64,000 nt of DNA from assembly GCA_905331295.1 (NCBI GenBank), contig CAJNYD010000012.1, positions 558,001 through 622,000 of the forward strand. The letters run 5' to 3'. The notes under the pieces were generated by a model. It was not told where the DNA came from. It was given only the letters and a program-made list of their open reading frames with translations, and did no database searches. Shown here one piece after another: positions 13,826-26,487 of the stretch (the first letter of the stretch is position 1; every line of letters starts with the position of its first letter). Origin of the DNA: Rotaria socialis. Taxonomy: Eukaryota. The translations under genes were made by a program, and so were the position numbers.

Positions 13826-14911
13826 ATGTGGGATACAACACGATTTGCTTATCATGTTCCAACTTTATCTTTTTCTTTTGAACATGATATTCGAACTCGA
13901 TTACAAAGTCTTCATCTTCGTGCTCGATCAACTTTTATTTCACTTCAAAGTATGCAACGTTATCATTTGACTTTCAAAGACGTGCCACCAATATTGATTG
14001 AACCATTTATATTACGTGGTTATCGATCGACTCATCAACCATGGTCTTACTATTGGAAATCATTATTTCATAAACATAATGAAACAATCAACGTTTGGAG
14101 TCATTTAATAGGCATAGTATACATGATACATTTATTATATTATTATAATCAACGATTGCAATTTTTTGAAAATGCTCATTCGTGGCCATTTGTTGTATCA
14201 TTGTGTACGGCAATCATTATGTTTATGAGTTCAGCATTTGCACATTTATTGCATTCAAAATCTGAAAAAATTCATAAAACTTGCTTTGCAATTGATTATG
14301 TTGGAGTTAGTTTACATGGATTTGGCTCAGGATTTCTTCATATCTATTATTCAGCACCACAATGGTATTATGATAAAATTGAATATCAATACATATTTAT
14401 TCTGCTTTTACTTGGTATTCTGGCTTGTTTTTTAAATTGTTTTGCTCAATACCATTTTCATCCACCTTATCCCCCATTAAAACGTATTTGTCAATTTCTG
14501 CCATGTGGAATTTTATGGATTTATTCAGTTATACCATTAGTTATCAGTTTATTTCCATTGATTTTTCCATTAAATTCAAGTTCATTATGTCATTTAGGAC
14601 AAATAATATTATTTATTGTTGGTGCAACATTTTTTGCTTTTGATATACCTCAACGTTTTTGGCCTGGTGCTTTGGATTTCATTGGTCAAGGTCATCATTT
14701 ATTTCATTTATGTATTTATTTTGTAACTCTATGTCAAATGCATGGTGTCTATTGGGATTATGAAAAATATCAGAGAATAATCGATCAAAGAAGTAAACCT
14801 GATTTAATATTTTGTGGGGGCTCAATGATATCCCTTATCTTATGGGATATTGTTATTGTATGGTATTTGCGGCGACGTCTTGGCGCCAAACATCATGTCC
14901 ATGAAAAATAA
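13826..14911 (+). CDS. PAQR family (haemolysin-III-like) 7TM protein, membrane progestin receptor-like
   Basis: Motifs ILRGYR, HNETINVWSH, SAFAH, DYVGV and P.RFWPG.LDFIGQGHHLFH; seven hydrophobic segments; single coding exon. Confidence 0.9.
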   Translation: MWDTTRFAYHVPTLSFSFEHDIRTRLQSLHLRARSTFISLQSMQRYHLTFKDVPPILIEPFILRGYRSTHQPWSYYWKSLFHKHNETINVWSHLIGIVYMIHLLYYYNQRLQFFENAHSWPFVVSLCTAIIMFMSSAFAHLLHSKSEKIHKTCFAIDYVGVSLHGFGSGFLHIYYSAPQWYYDKIEYQYIFILLLLGILACFLNCFAQYHFHPPYPPLKRICQFLPCGILWIYSVIPLVISLFPLIFPLNSSSLCHLGQIILFIVGATFFAFDIPQRFWPGALDFIGQGHHLFHLCIYFVTLCQMHGVYWDYEKYQRIIDQRSKPDLIFCGGSMISLILWDIVIVWYLRRRLGAKHHVHEK

Positions 14912-15894
14912 GTTCATCCCGAAAATATACGAAGTTTCAAGTTGACTAATTTGGTTCTATTTTAATAGTTCTTTTTTGTTGTAAATCTATAAAAAAAAAA
15001 TCAAATAGCGATAGTAACGTGAAAAAAAAGTGCCGAGAAATAAAAATTGCTTCATTCTTAACTTTTAATATGCAAAACTGGAAAAAAGAAATTAAAACCC
15101 TATTATATTATTTTCCTTCCTTCTTCAAACCAAAAATGATTGCTGCGCACTGAAAGAAAAAAAGCATGGAAGTTGTTAAAAGTCAATCATGTCGTGCATT
15201 AAAATATTGATACTTTTAAATACTTGACATATGAAATGCATTTTTATCAAATTGTGTAAAATACAAGATATCCTACGGAATTATTAAATATAATATAGAG
15301 TATTTGATTTTAAATTTAATACCATAATTTTCTTCTTATCAGCAAGCATCGAAGATAAATAAAAACAAACATAAAACAATATTATGATTCAAAATGTGAT
15401 CAAAAAGAAGTAATAGTACTCATTTGATATTTGATACGGAAGACTAAATGTTACATGTTTCTATATTTGTATTTATTTTCATACTCAACTTTCGACTCAC
15501 TGCATAGAAGTATACATCTGACTATTAAATGTAAGAGGAACAAAATTGATCAATAAATGGATTTCAGCGAATAAAATCAAATAAATTCTTTTACAAAAAT
15601 CGAGTTGTTTAATTTTGTTTATGCAATCTATGTTCGCTATTTTATAGAAAATTGACTCTGTTGCATTTCAATGTGTAATATTTAAGCAATTATGCAGTTG
15701 GAACTACAAAAATAAGATCAAAATATTTGGTATAATACAAAGTATACTTCTTTTATATAGCTACTGTTTATACGAGTTTAACAGCAGGATCTATTAATAT
15801 AACGATTCGTGCTAGATGATAATATCTCCATACATATATATTTATCTTGAAATTCAACGATTTTATTTAAAAAAAAGGAATATACGTATGTTCA

Positions 15895-18690
15895 ATGTTA
15901 CTTATATTTGACGTATTTACTATTCTTTTTTTCAAAATAAATCTTTTAGCTGTCAATGCAGTAATTAACTCAGATAGACATGATTTTTATGCATATGGAA
16001 TATGTATAGCTAGTACAAATTATTTTGTTGTACTGACTCAAAACGATGCTCAGCGTTATATAGTTTCAATGGCTCCATTTGGAGATTCATTTGGATATAA
16101 TTATACTTACGAAACATCTAATGATTTCGTTATTAAGATAGCTGTGGATCGACGGCAAAATTTTTTCTCAATTATCATTTGTCTATTCAAGCACACATAC
16201 AACAGATGGACAATATCAAAAGTTAGGTTCATTTACATTTTCAAGAGGAAATAGAATGATTTCATTAAAAAAATCGTGTAATCCAATGTTAAGTTTTAAT
16301 GAAGATGAAAATGAGGTGAAAGTATGGAAACGTAAACCACCTGAACTATCAACATTGCAAGTTGATCTTTTTGAAAAATATACATATGAATTTCTCTCGA
16401 ACAATATCTTCATTTATGATATTGAAAAAAATGCAAAAATCTCGTTTGAGATGATATTTTCCCATCAATCAATGTCAAGCCCCATGCACTGGATGTCAGT
16501 GAAGCAAGTGATGGCTTTTCAATTGCAATTGTTGCTGGTTATCATCACTTAGATACTGAAAAAACATTACCAGCTGTTTATCTTGTTCGTTCGAATCCAC
16601 CCAATAATATGACACTTGTTGATAATTATATTTTGTATTCTGATACTCAAAAAATTGTTCGTGGACCTTATGTTTCAACTGATCAATTCGATTGTGTTTT
16701 ATCAGTTTCAATCCATGATTCAACTCAACAAGCTTTTGTTGGTGTTCCACAATTACGTAAAACATCTTTTCTCATTTAATAGTACAAATTGAACATTAAT
16801 CAATACATTTGATCATCCAGCACGTTCAACAAGTTGGCTCGACGATGCTGGTATACAAGCTGGTTTACTTCTTAGTGATACAACTACACTTCCTTGGTCA
16901 AAATCTCGAATACAAGTAATGAACGTATCGTCTAATGATACAGTATACGCTCAACCTAATAATCGACAAACATTAGAGCAATGGCCAAGTACGCCCCCAA
17001 CATTTCTTCGATTAACAAAAACATATGATTATCAATTGGTGGTACTTACAACTGACGGTGTTGTGGTGCTAATCCCTTCAACTGATGCAGGTTACTATAG
17101 AACAACAGATGATATTAGCAATCCTTTAAAACTGCCCATTGCATGTCCACTTGGAACTTATAAAAGTGTATCAGGCCCAACAACACCATGTAAAATATGT
17201 CCTACAATGGCAAAGAGTTATTCTACTAGTACGGAATATTTAGTTGTTTTGAAAGTACGACTCTTTATTCTGACTTTAGATTGTATTGCTTGGTCATCAG
17301 ATTCTTTTTGTCCTCTGGCTTCTATCAGCGATGCAAATAAATCAGCAATTCAATCGAAAAGTCAAGTTTATGCTTATCCTACATCATCTTCGATGGCATC
17401 ATTCGATGATATTCTCATGCAAAATACATTTAATCTAAGTTACAAATAAAAACTATGCAATGTCTCGTTATTTCACCATTTTTCTGGACTCCAGTCACAT
17501 TATTTGCTGCGTTTATTATTTTATTTATCATGGGTATGTTATATTATTCTCCAACAGAAATGAAACATTTTCATCGTCTTGAGTGGTTTTTTCGTTATTC
17601 TGACCTTATTGGCAATGGAGAATTCTGGTTTAGTGGAGCTATTTCATTTTCTATTCTTGTTCTTATCATATATAGCTTTTTGTTTGGTACTGCTTTTCGT
17701 ATTAACTATATCCAATAGAAACATCGACAGATGCTAATTTTGCATGTGGTACATCATTGAGAAATACTCAATTCAGTTCAGCTCTACAATTGTCAGCTAC
17801 AATTAAATCGAACAAAGAAACACCTATATTCGATATGCTTGATACACAAAAATTTACTATGATTGTCAACTTTTTACAGGCCGGTTACACTTGTAATGAT
17901 GTAACTGCACAGGTAATATTAAACGAAAAATTTTCGACAAAAACTAATATCCGAGCGAACCATAAAAGGTTATTAGTGGATTTGGTTTTATTTATTTTTA
18001 CCTCAATACAATGATTTCTTTCTTAAGGAAAATATTGGCAGTTATTCAATAACGCTACCACAAACCAATTGCATTATAAAATCAGATAATGCCGCGCTAA
18101 CTATAATCTATCGTGTCCCTTATCATCAAATGACGATACAATTAAATTTGGCAGGTAAATCATAACTCGAACAAAGCAAATATCAATTCTTACACATAGG
18201 ACCATACTACATTGGTGGTGTGTTGATATGTCTAACTGGTCCTAGTTCTGCAATTAATGATTCATCATGCCTCGTTCAAAATTTGGACTATTGTCAATTA
18301 TATTTTACATCTAATCAAACTCTTGGTCAGACTACAGAAATTAATTTCGACCTAACAAAGTCTATCAATCAAACAGAATCATTAGACTATAGTGGTGCAA
18401 CTAATTACAGTAGTATATGGATTCTAACTTCGATTCATGGATCACTAAATGATTATCTTGTTTATTTACAACGTGGAGCTTTTCTTCGCTATTTATATAC
18501 GCAACATACAATTATGATTACTTTCAGTGAAACAGAATTTGAATTTGATGTCATCAATAAACAAGAACCTATCGTATGAAGAGGTGAAATTATTTTTCAT
18601 AATATACTTTTTAGAACGACCGTTATTGGTATATTCGCGTTAACGTTTCTTGTTGTTAAACTAACATTGATCTCAGCTGTGAAATGAATG
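15895..18690 (+). pseudogene. Degraded large membrane-protein gene with an ephrin-receptor-like (GCC2/3) Cys-rich motif
   Basis: Collinear ORF pieces in shifting frames with in-frame stops (e.g. NLSYK*KTMQCLVISPFFW at 17447; PIV*RGEIIFH at 18577), the motif CPLGTYKSVSGPTTPCKICP, and TM helices at 17455-17700. Confidence 0.7.
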
Positions 18691-19690
18691 ATTAAACATG
18701 AAAATTTCTTATTACCATTTTCAAATCTAAGAAAAGACAGATCGACTAGAATGGACAGTAGATTTTTAAATTTGTTTTCTTAAAAATAATGATTCTGTAT
18801 CTAACAAGAAAAAATAAGTGTCCTTCCATTAGTTTCTACTGTTCGATGAAATAATAAAAAAGAACGCAGTGCTCTTTATGTTTTATTTTTCAACTAAGAA
18901 CTTTGAAACGTGATAGATAAAAAACAGACTCTAACTATATTAATATTGAAGTATGATTAATTAGGGTTTACAACAATCAGAGCTATCAATAAATTTTTCA
19001 TGTTCAATATTTTACTTGAATTATTTTCAAAGTTAAAAATAATAGAATATACAAAGAATTGGGAACTGAATAAGATTGATATATAAATATTTCTAACTCA
19101 TACTTAAAATGATGCTATCATTCATACAAATCAATGTATTCAAAATATGTTTTAAACGATAAAATGCTATTGAGTAGTTTAATATCAGCAATGCTTCATA
19201 GTTTATTGTTTGTTGAATTGTTTTTAGGACGATAAGCTATCTAGCCAATAGCTTGGAATCAAAAAAACGATAACTTCATCAATTAAGTGTTAGGTTTATT
19301 TGAAAATTGAAGGAGCAGTCGTCTTCTATCTCTTTCTTTTATTTCCAAGTCTTTTCCCGATTATTTTATTATAGAAAAACCAAATTGTATACTAATAAAA
19401 TATTGCTTTTAATACAACTTTGAAAATTAACAAAAGGCAAACAAATCCTACAAGATAAAGTTAGAAATAGAGCCATGAGTTATATGTAAATATTTCATTA
19501 TTCACAATAAGAATCCAAGTAATAATGATGAACAGAGTAAATTACTTTTGGATCTATTTTTTCATTTATAAATTAATAAAACTTAGCATGGTTCGAACAA
19601 TTAAGCGAAGTTATTTTATTTCCTTACAGAAAGTGTCAGTACGCTATCTCTCAATATTTCATGATAGATAAAATTATGTTCTATTTTCTT

Positions 19691-20053
19691 TCCAGGAAGA
19701 ACAATCCGATAGCTGGATCCAACCGGATTTCGATCGGTTCCTGCAGGATTCGAAGTAAATCCTGATTGTAGACTCACTCACGGATCGCTAGTGTTGGGAT
19801 CCCATCGATTCTTGTAGGAACCAGTCAAAACCCGATAGGTTTCTTAATGAACCTCGTTGGAATCCGACTGCTGCAATTTCTATCGAATTCGGCTGTTGGA
19901 TTTGTTCGGATGTTCACCGGATTCCTACACTAGAGATCCGTTAGTAGTTCCTCAACCTGGAATACCATGGGACTTTGTCGGCTCGTCGGATTTTATAAGA
20001 TTCAATCTGATCGGATTCGGTATCGGTATCGGTATCGGATTCATCCACCTGGG
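19691..20053. mobile_element. MITE of the CCCAGG...CCTGGG type
   Basis: TCCAGG and CCTGGG ends, raised GC, and internal ATCCGA/TCGGAT motifs also seen in 38212-38406. Confidence 0.65.
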
Positions 20054-20401
20054 TTATGGTATTTGAAGATTCTTCAACTGATATCATCGTAAAAAACATT
20101 TTATCAAAGCTTTATGTTCTGCGATAGGTTCATTGTGATAGTATTAGATCACAGTATCTTCGACTTGTGCTCATCGCTTCGTGAATGTGTATTAGGATTA
20201 GGATGTCGCTAAAAGTCATTGAGATTACACGATCTAAAGTTTTTGTTAAAGGATGAGATAATTTTCAGAGTTCAAAAATTCAACGACGCATTTTCTTGAA
20301 TAATACAGATTGAAAATCAAACGATTCGAGATATAAGAGACGACTGAAATAGTTTGTTTTGAATTCCAAATTAGATTTATTATTGCGTCTCATTTCAACA
20401 T

Positions 20402-20493
20402 CCGAACTTAGCTCAGCTGGCAGAGCGGTAGGCTGTAATGTCGTATAAATCTTAGTAACCTATAGGTCCCCAGTTCAAATCTGGGAGTTCGGA
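20402..20493 (+). tRNA. trnY: tRNA-Tyr(GTA) with a 19-nt intron (20439-20457)
   Basis: Acceptor stem CCGAACT/AGTTCGG plus A73; D-arm GCTC..GAGC; anticodon stem GTAGG/CCTAT; anticodon GTA at 20435-20437; intron at 37/38; T-arm CCCAG-TTCAAAT-CTGGG; downstream T-run. Confidence 0.93.
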
Positions 20494-22155
20494 TTTCTAT
20501 TTTTTTTCTCTTGTTCTCTTCGTGTAATTGCATCATATTGAAGAACAAGATGAAAGGTAAATTATATAGGCTTTTGTATTTAAATTGTTTTTTCAACTAA
20601 TTTCGTTCTATTTGTCTAAATAATCTTACTGATTTGAAGAATCAGCTTGTAGGACTACTAGATGTATTCATTTTTACTAATTGATAAATAATAGATGTCT
20701 ATGAGAGTGATCAATAGATATTAAATGATTTTTAATATTGTATTTATAACTTTTATTATTATCAGTCTGATTACTTTTCATCAATAATGACAGATGATTG
20801 TATTCATGATTCTGTTAGAGTAGGGGAGTAAGATCGAGAATATGATGAAAAATTGCTTTCTCTCTCTCTGTAAGTTGAATTTAATTTTTCAGGTTGAACT
20901 TATTAAAATACAAATCTCTGATTAAAATCAATTTCAATGAAAATTTTTATTTTTCGTAACCGTATCGCATGAATGTAAGCTACAAATAAAATTTCTCACA
21001 CGAGTATCGAAACTGTAAAACTAAGTAGGGACTTAGAATTTAATATATAAGTGAATGAATGATTGCTTCATGATCATGAGTTTTGTATTTGAAAAATGTA
21101 AAGCATTTTTAAAGAATATACTTTTAGATCGTGCGAAATAAAGTCAAAATATATGAAAGCACTCATAGATATTTCCATAATAAAAGCAATTAATGGAAAA
21201 GAAAATTTAGACAAGCCATTTGTGCATTATTGCACATAACTATTTTGAATTTTATTCGTTTCAATAATTATCGCCATGATACTTCTTTTTTACTAAAATA
21301 TGATTGATGCACATGAGAAGTTCAAATTTTTATTTTTCAATGCAATATTTAGACCTTTTTTTAGTTTTGAAATATCTCTTGAATAGTAATATATGATGTA
21401 ATACAGGATCCAGCCACTTCAATATATCGGTATTATACACATACTAATATAAATATCATATTAAAGTTGATTTGCGAATAATAATGCCATGAACATCGCC
21501 CAGAATACAAAATAACCATTGAATAATAATAAATAGAAGTTGAATGAATATGAGATTTGTGTAACTATAGCTAGTCATATAGTTAATGTAAGCAAATTAC
21601 TGCATAATATCTATGATATACGAATAGTAGCGAACAGTACTATGATTCTAATTTAAGATAGAATGAAAACAGGTTGATATATTTTTTGTACATTGTTAAA
21701 TACTACTAAATTTCTATATATAGAATAAAATGCTCTTTTGATAGAACCGAAAAGAAAACTATGATGATGATAAGGTCAGAAAATGCATATTAACTGTTCT
21801 TTAAAAATATGAATCCTCGCGCCATGCGATGTGGGCAGACGGAATTCGATGTTTTGTTTCATCTATATTCGTTTCACTTTCTTTCAGCATTGAAAAAGAC
21901 AAAAATCAAAATTCAATATGAATTCATAGACTTCTTCTTTTCATTGTCGATTGCATTTCTACTGAAGTAAGACAACAATATAGTCAGTGCATATTCTATC
22001 GTTTTCCTCTCCGTTTGATTCTTTTCTTTTCTTTTCTTTATAACACAATTTTACCTATTACCGACCGTCTAACGTCATTCATGACTTCATTCAGTTAGTA
22101 GCTACAAGAAAATAAGTTGGATTATAATAGTAAAAACATCATTTAACATACGAAA

Positions 22156-23679
22156 ATGCAATACAATAGGAGCTCAAATTCTTTAATTCGATCACCATTG
22201 TCGCTTTGGATTGCTGAAACGACACTCGGCTCAGGTTTTCATCTATTTTCTAAGATTAATATTTTATTTCTATACTTTTTAAAATGTTTCAGGCACATAT
22301 GGTATTGTTGAATGTGTACGTCATATCAACACGCGTCAACGTCTTGCGCGAAAAACAATTAAACTGACAAGTAAACAAGAAGAAGATAATGAATTACCTG
22401 CGACAGCTGTACGAGAAATAGCCGTTCTGAAATCGATTCAACACGAAAATATTATCAAGTATATTTTGCAATGATAATCATTTATGGATTACCTTTTCTA
22501 TTCGTTAATTTAGATTAAATCATGTAGCATTTGAACCATCGTATAATAGTGGTTGTAATCAATTATGCTTATATCTTGAATTTCTGCCTATTGATCTCAA
22601 GAGATATATGGATGCGCTTGGACCTGGTGAAAGAGTCAGTCCGAAACTTGTTAAAGTAGAATTTTCTATTGATGAAAATAAATTTTCTATTCGTTATTTT
22701 TTGTTTTGTATATAGAGTTATAGTTATCAGTTGTTGAATGCTATTGAATGTCTTCATCGTCATCGTATTGTAAGAATTCAAGTTGATTGCATTTCTTCTT
22801 TGAATAGTTCATTGTGTTATTTTACTTTTAGCTACATCGAGATTTGAAACCACCTAATATTTTACTTGATTATGAAGGTTACAATTGATTTTCCAGTTAA
22901 CTATAAAGAAAATATTATTTTCTTCAAATAGGTCGTTTGAAAATAGCCGATTTTGGGTTAGCACGTCAATGTCATATGCCTGAACGAACTTTAACACATG
23001 AAGTAGTGACATTATGGTATCGTCCACCTGAAGTATTACTGAATGCACCTACTTATGGTTCGTTGTTTTTTTTCCTAATTTAAAATTTGATTTAAATAAA
23101 AATGATAAAATATTTTCTAGGAACAGCTTTAGATGTTTGGGGCTTTGGTTGTGTATTTGCTGAAATGACACTTCGAGAACCGTTATTTCGTGGTGAATGT
23201 GAAATCGATCAACTACTACTTATTTTTCGGTAAGTTCTTTCATTTTTTTTGTATTATTTTATATTCTATTAAGTTATTTGAATTAGTCTTTTGGGTACAC
23301 CAACAATCTCTGAATGGCCTGAAATTGCTCAATGTCTTTACTATCAGACATGTTTGCCTAGATTTCCACTCGACGATGTTCAGCTTGCTCGTTTACCAAT
23401 GTTTACTGAATGTCGACAATTTCTTAAAGTAAATTTTCTTGCTTGTTTATTTATCTATCTTTTAAACATTATATATTATAACAAAAACAGGATATTTTGA
23501 TTTATAATCCAAAAAAACGACGAACAGCTCGGCAATTACTTGAAGAACATGAATATTTGACTGAAGTAGCTAGTTTTACTCATACAATGCCACAACATAG
23601 TTTTATTGAACGTCCTATACGTTCAGTTATCGATCGTGCTATTCGACAACAAACTGAAAGTATGCGTACTGTTCGTTAG
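22156..23679 (+). CDS. Cyclin-dependent kinase, CDK1/CDK2-like, about 9 exons
   Basis: Spliced translation gives [61 protein letters not shown] and EIDQL..IFRLLGTP. Confidence 0.92.
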
Positions 23680-23971
23680 ACGAGAAACAAAATTTCCTGT
23701 TTCCAGTATATATTTATATAATTCATAATTCTTTATTTCATTTCTTTTTTTTTTGGTTGTTTTTTGTTTATTGCTGTTCAACATTTTTTCCGTTCAAAAC
23801 AAAACTTCTTTTGCCATTCTGATGTATTAATTTTAAGAGAAAAAAAAGAAAATTTTCTACTTTTGTTCTTTTTTTAAATTTAATTTTCTGATCACAATGC
23901 AGCAATTAGATGCAATCACATATGTCAAAGAAAAGGAAAAAGAAATGACACAAGTCGGATTTGTTTAAAGC

Positions 23972-25443
23972 TTATAATCGAGCAGATCTTCGTAGACGAT
24001 TGCGTTTTAAATTTGGATCATGTACGTTTAGTACATAACTGAGAATTGCCTTAAATGCATCATATGGGAGAAAACTATGGAAAAAACCAAAGAAAAAACA
24101 ATTTTATTGAAGTATAATGCGATAATCGATTGGTTTTGTTTACCTTTTAACGAATTCCAATAAACGATAGAATTTGGGAATATAGAGAAATTTTTGATTT
24201 GTTATTACGCCTTGAACAATTCTTTCTGCACAATAACTTGCTGGAAGAAAATTAACTGAATCAGGACTAGAAATAAATCAATCAATTTAAATACATAATG
24301 AAAATATTAAAAATTACATGACGATTTCTGTCACACGTTTATTCAGACCACCTTTTAAAGGACCAAGAATAACAACTGAAATGTCGAAAAATCAAGTTTT
24401 TGAAAAGAAAAACAAAATTATATTGGTTTAACGAACTTGTTGTATTAACTCCAGAACATTTCGATCGAAAAATTTCATCCTCAACACATTCCATGTAACC
24501 TAAATGAAAATAAAACCACAATGAACTTATTACGACAGAAGCTTATTTTTTAATCGTACCAATAATTGCGAATTTCGATGCACAATAATCACCCAAATGT
24601 GATAAACCAAAGAGGGCACAATTACTAGCAATAGCTACGATATGTCCTGATTAAAACAATACGAATTAGCTATAAATTTTCCAATAGAATCTTTACCATA
24701 ATGCCGTTCAATCATAGCCGGTAGAAATGCTTGATTGATCTAATGTATTTAAGAAAAAGAAAAATAAGTATGCCATCAAAGAATATGTTTCGTTGAATGC
24801 ATACATGATAATGTGAAATAACATTAACATTAAATGTCCGTTTGATATCTTCAGGATTAAGATCGAGAACATTTTTACATGTCACCACACCTGTGCTAAA
24901 CAATATGAACGTTCAGTTCCTCATTATATAAGATGTTTATTTATCGATATTGAAATCTACCCGCATTTTGTACAATAATTGATACATTTCCATATTTTTG
25001 TCGAATCTCCTCTGCTGCTCGATGGATATCATCGGGTACTCTATTTTAATATGATCAAAAGAAAAACAATGAAAAAAGAATTTAACACTAAAAAACTGTA
25101 AATAACATACGTTATATCAACTTTCATAGCAACCATTCGATGATGATTATACTGAGTAGACAATAATTCATAGGTTTTTTGATTTTCTACTTCGTCAGTG
25201 TCCCATAAACAGAGAAATGCGCCGTATTTTGAAAATTCCACAGCAAGTGCACGACCCAAGACACCACCGGAACCAGTAATGAGAACAATTTCATCATTGA
25301 TGGATTTTCTTGGAGCCGGAAATATTGAAAAAATAATTGCATGAGTAAATCTAAATCAAATGAAATCGAAGAGAATGTTTCATAATATTAACTTACGCCA
25401 TTATAATACGATAAAAGCACTCAAATAAACTGATACATGCCAT
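23972..25443 (-). CDS. Short-chain dehydrogenase/reductase, SDR16C (retinol dehydrogenase/17beta-HSD11)-like, multi-exon
   Basis: Hydrophobic N-terminus, VLITGSGGVLG nucleotide-binding motif, NAG, TFNVNVISH, YCASKFA catalytic YxxxK; GT-AG introns. Confidence 0.9.
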
Positions 25444-25846
25444 GATTAATACAGCAACAGTAGTAGAATTCTTGTTTTTTTTAATGTTTCGTTAATAGAC
25501 AAATTTCTGTGCAAATATGAAGATAACTAAACTATTAATGCCAACCAGCTGATAAGGACTAGTCGATGAGTCATAATAGTCAGCTGTTAAAATTTCAGTT
25601 TTTCAAAATAGTTCTTTAAAATAAGTCGAAAGCATTATTCTCTATTTCGAATATTTGATAGATAATTATATATTGATTATCAATACACGTATATAATGCT
25701 ACACATGTGAAGGAAAGAAAAATTTTTCGATGGTTTCTATTGACCAATCAAAAAACTAAGTTCGGATAGTCGACGTGGTATCTTACAAATCTCTAGTAAA
25801 TTTAAGTCACATATTTAAATAAAACTAATTTTACGATAGATATAAC
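25444..25846. promoter_or_regulatory. Probable bidirectional promoter between the SDR gene and BRI3
   Basis: Head-to-head start codons only ~400 bp apart. Confidence 0.45.
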
Positions 25847-26321
25847 ATGGCTTCAAACATTCTAGTTGATCGACAGCGATTGATGGCTGATGGAAATGAA
25901 AATCCTCCTCCTCCTCCTCCTCCATATCAAAATATAAGTAATCCTAGTATAATCCTATTCTTTGTATCAACTACATGTCAAATATGTGAATTTATTTCAA
26001 GGTACAGATTCGTATGGAACATTTATAGGTGATGTTGGAACATCAGTACCTATTACTACAGCACCGTCATCTTATCTATATGCGTTGGAGTCTCAACCAC
26101 CTACAGTTATTGTTCTTGGTAGTTGTCCAGCTTGCAAAGTATGTCTATCATGATTTATCTGTCAAATTGAATCATTTTTACTTGTTTAGATTGGCATGTT
26201 GGAAAATGATTTTACATGTTTAGGTCTCTGTTGTGCGATCTTCTTTTTTCCAATTGGTATTCTGTGTTGTTTAGCATTACGGCAACGTCGATGCCAGTTT
26301 TGTGGAGCCATTTTTGAGTAA
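25847..26321 (+). CDS. BRI3: Brain protein I3-like membrane protein, 3 exons
   Basis: N-terminal PPPPY, then GSCPACK|IGMLENDFTCLGLCCAIFFFPIGILCCLALRQRRCQFCGAIFE. Confidence 0.9.
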
Positions 26322-26487
26322 ATCCTGCGTTTAAACAAAAACGGGTATCAAATAATAATTTCTTTTGTGTATATATTAATATATGATTCATGTTTGCATT
26401 TAATTTATTTTCGAAAATATACAACCAAATGATTGATGTGATAAATTAATTTTAGATTGTGAATTTTATTTTCTATTTAAAATAGAA

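Noticed and set aside
25547..25590. CTGATAAG..GATGAG segment resembling a hammerhead ribozyme core
   Set aside because: No correctly placed GAAA or stems I-III.
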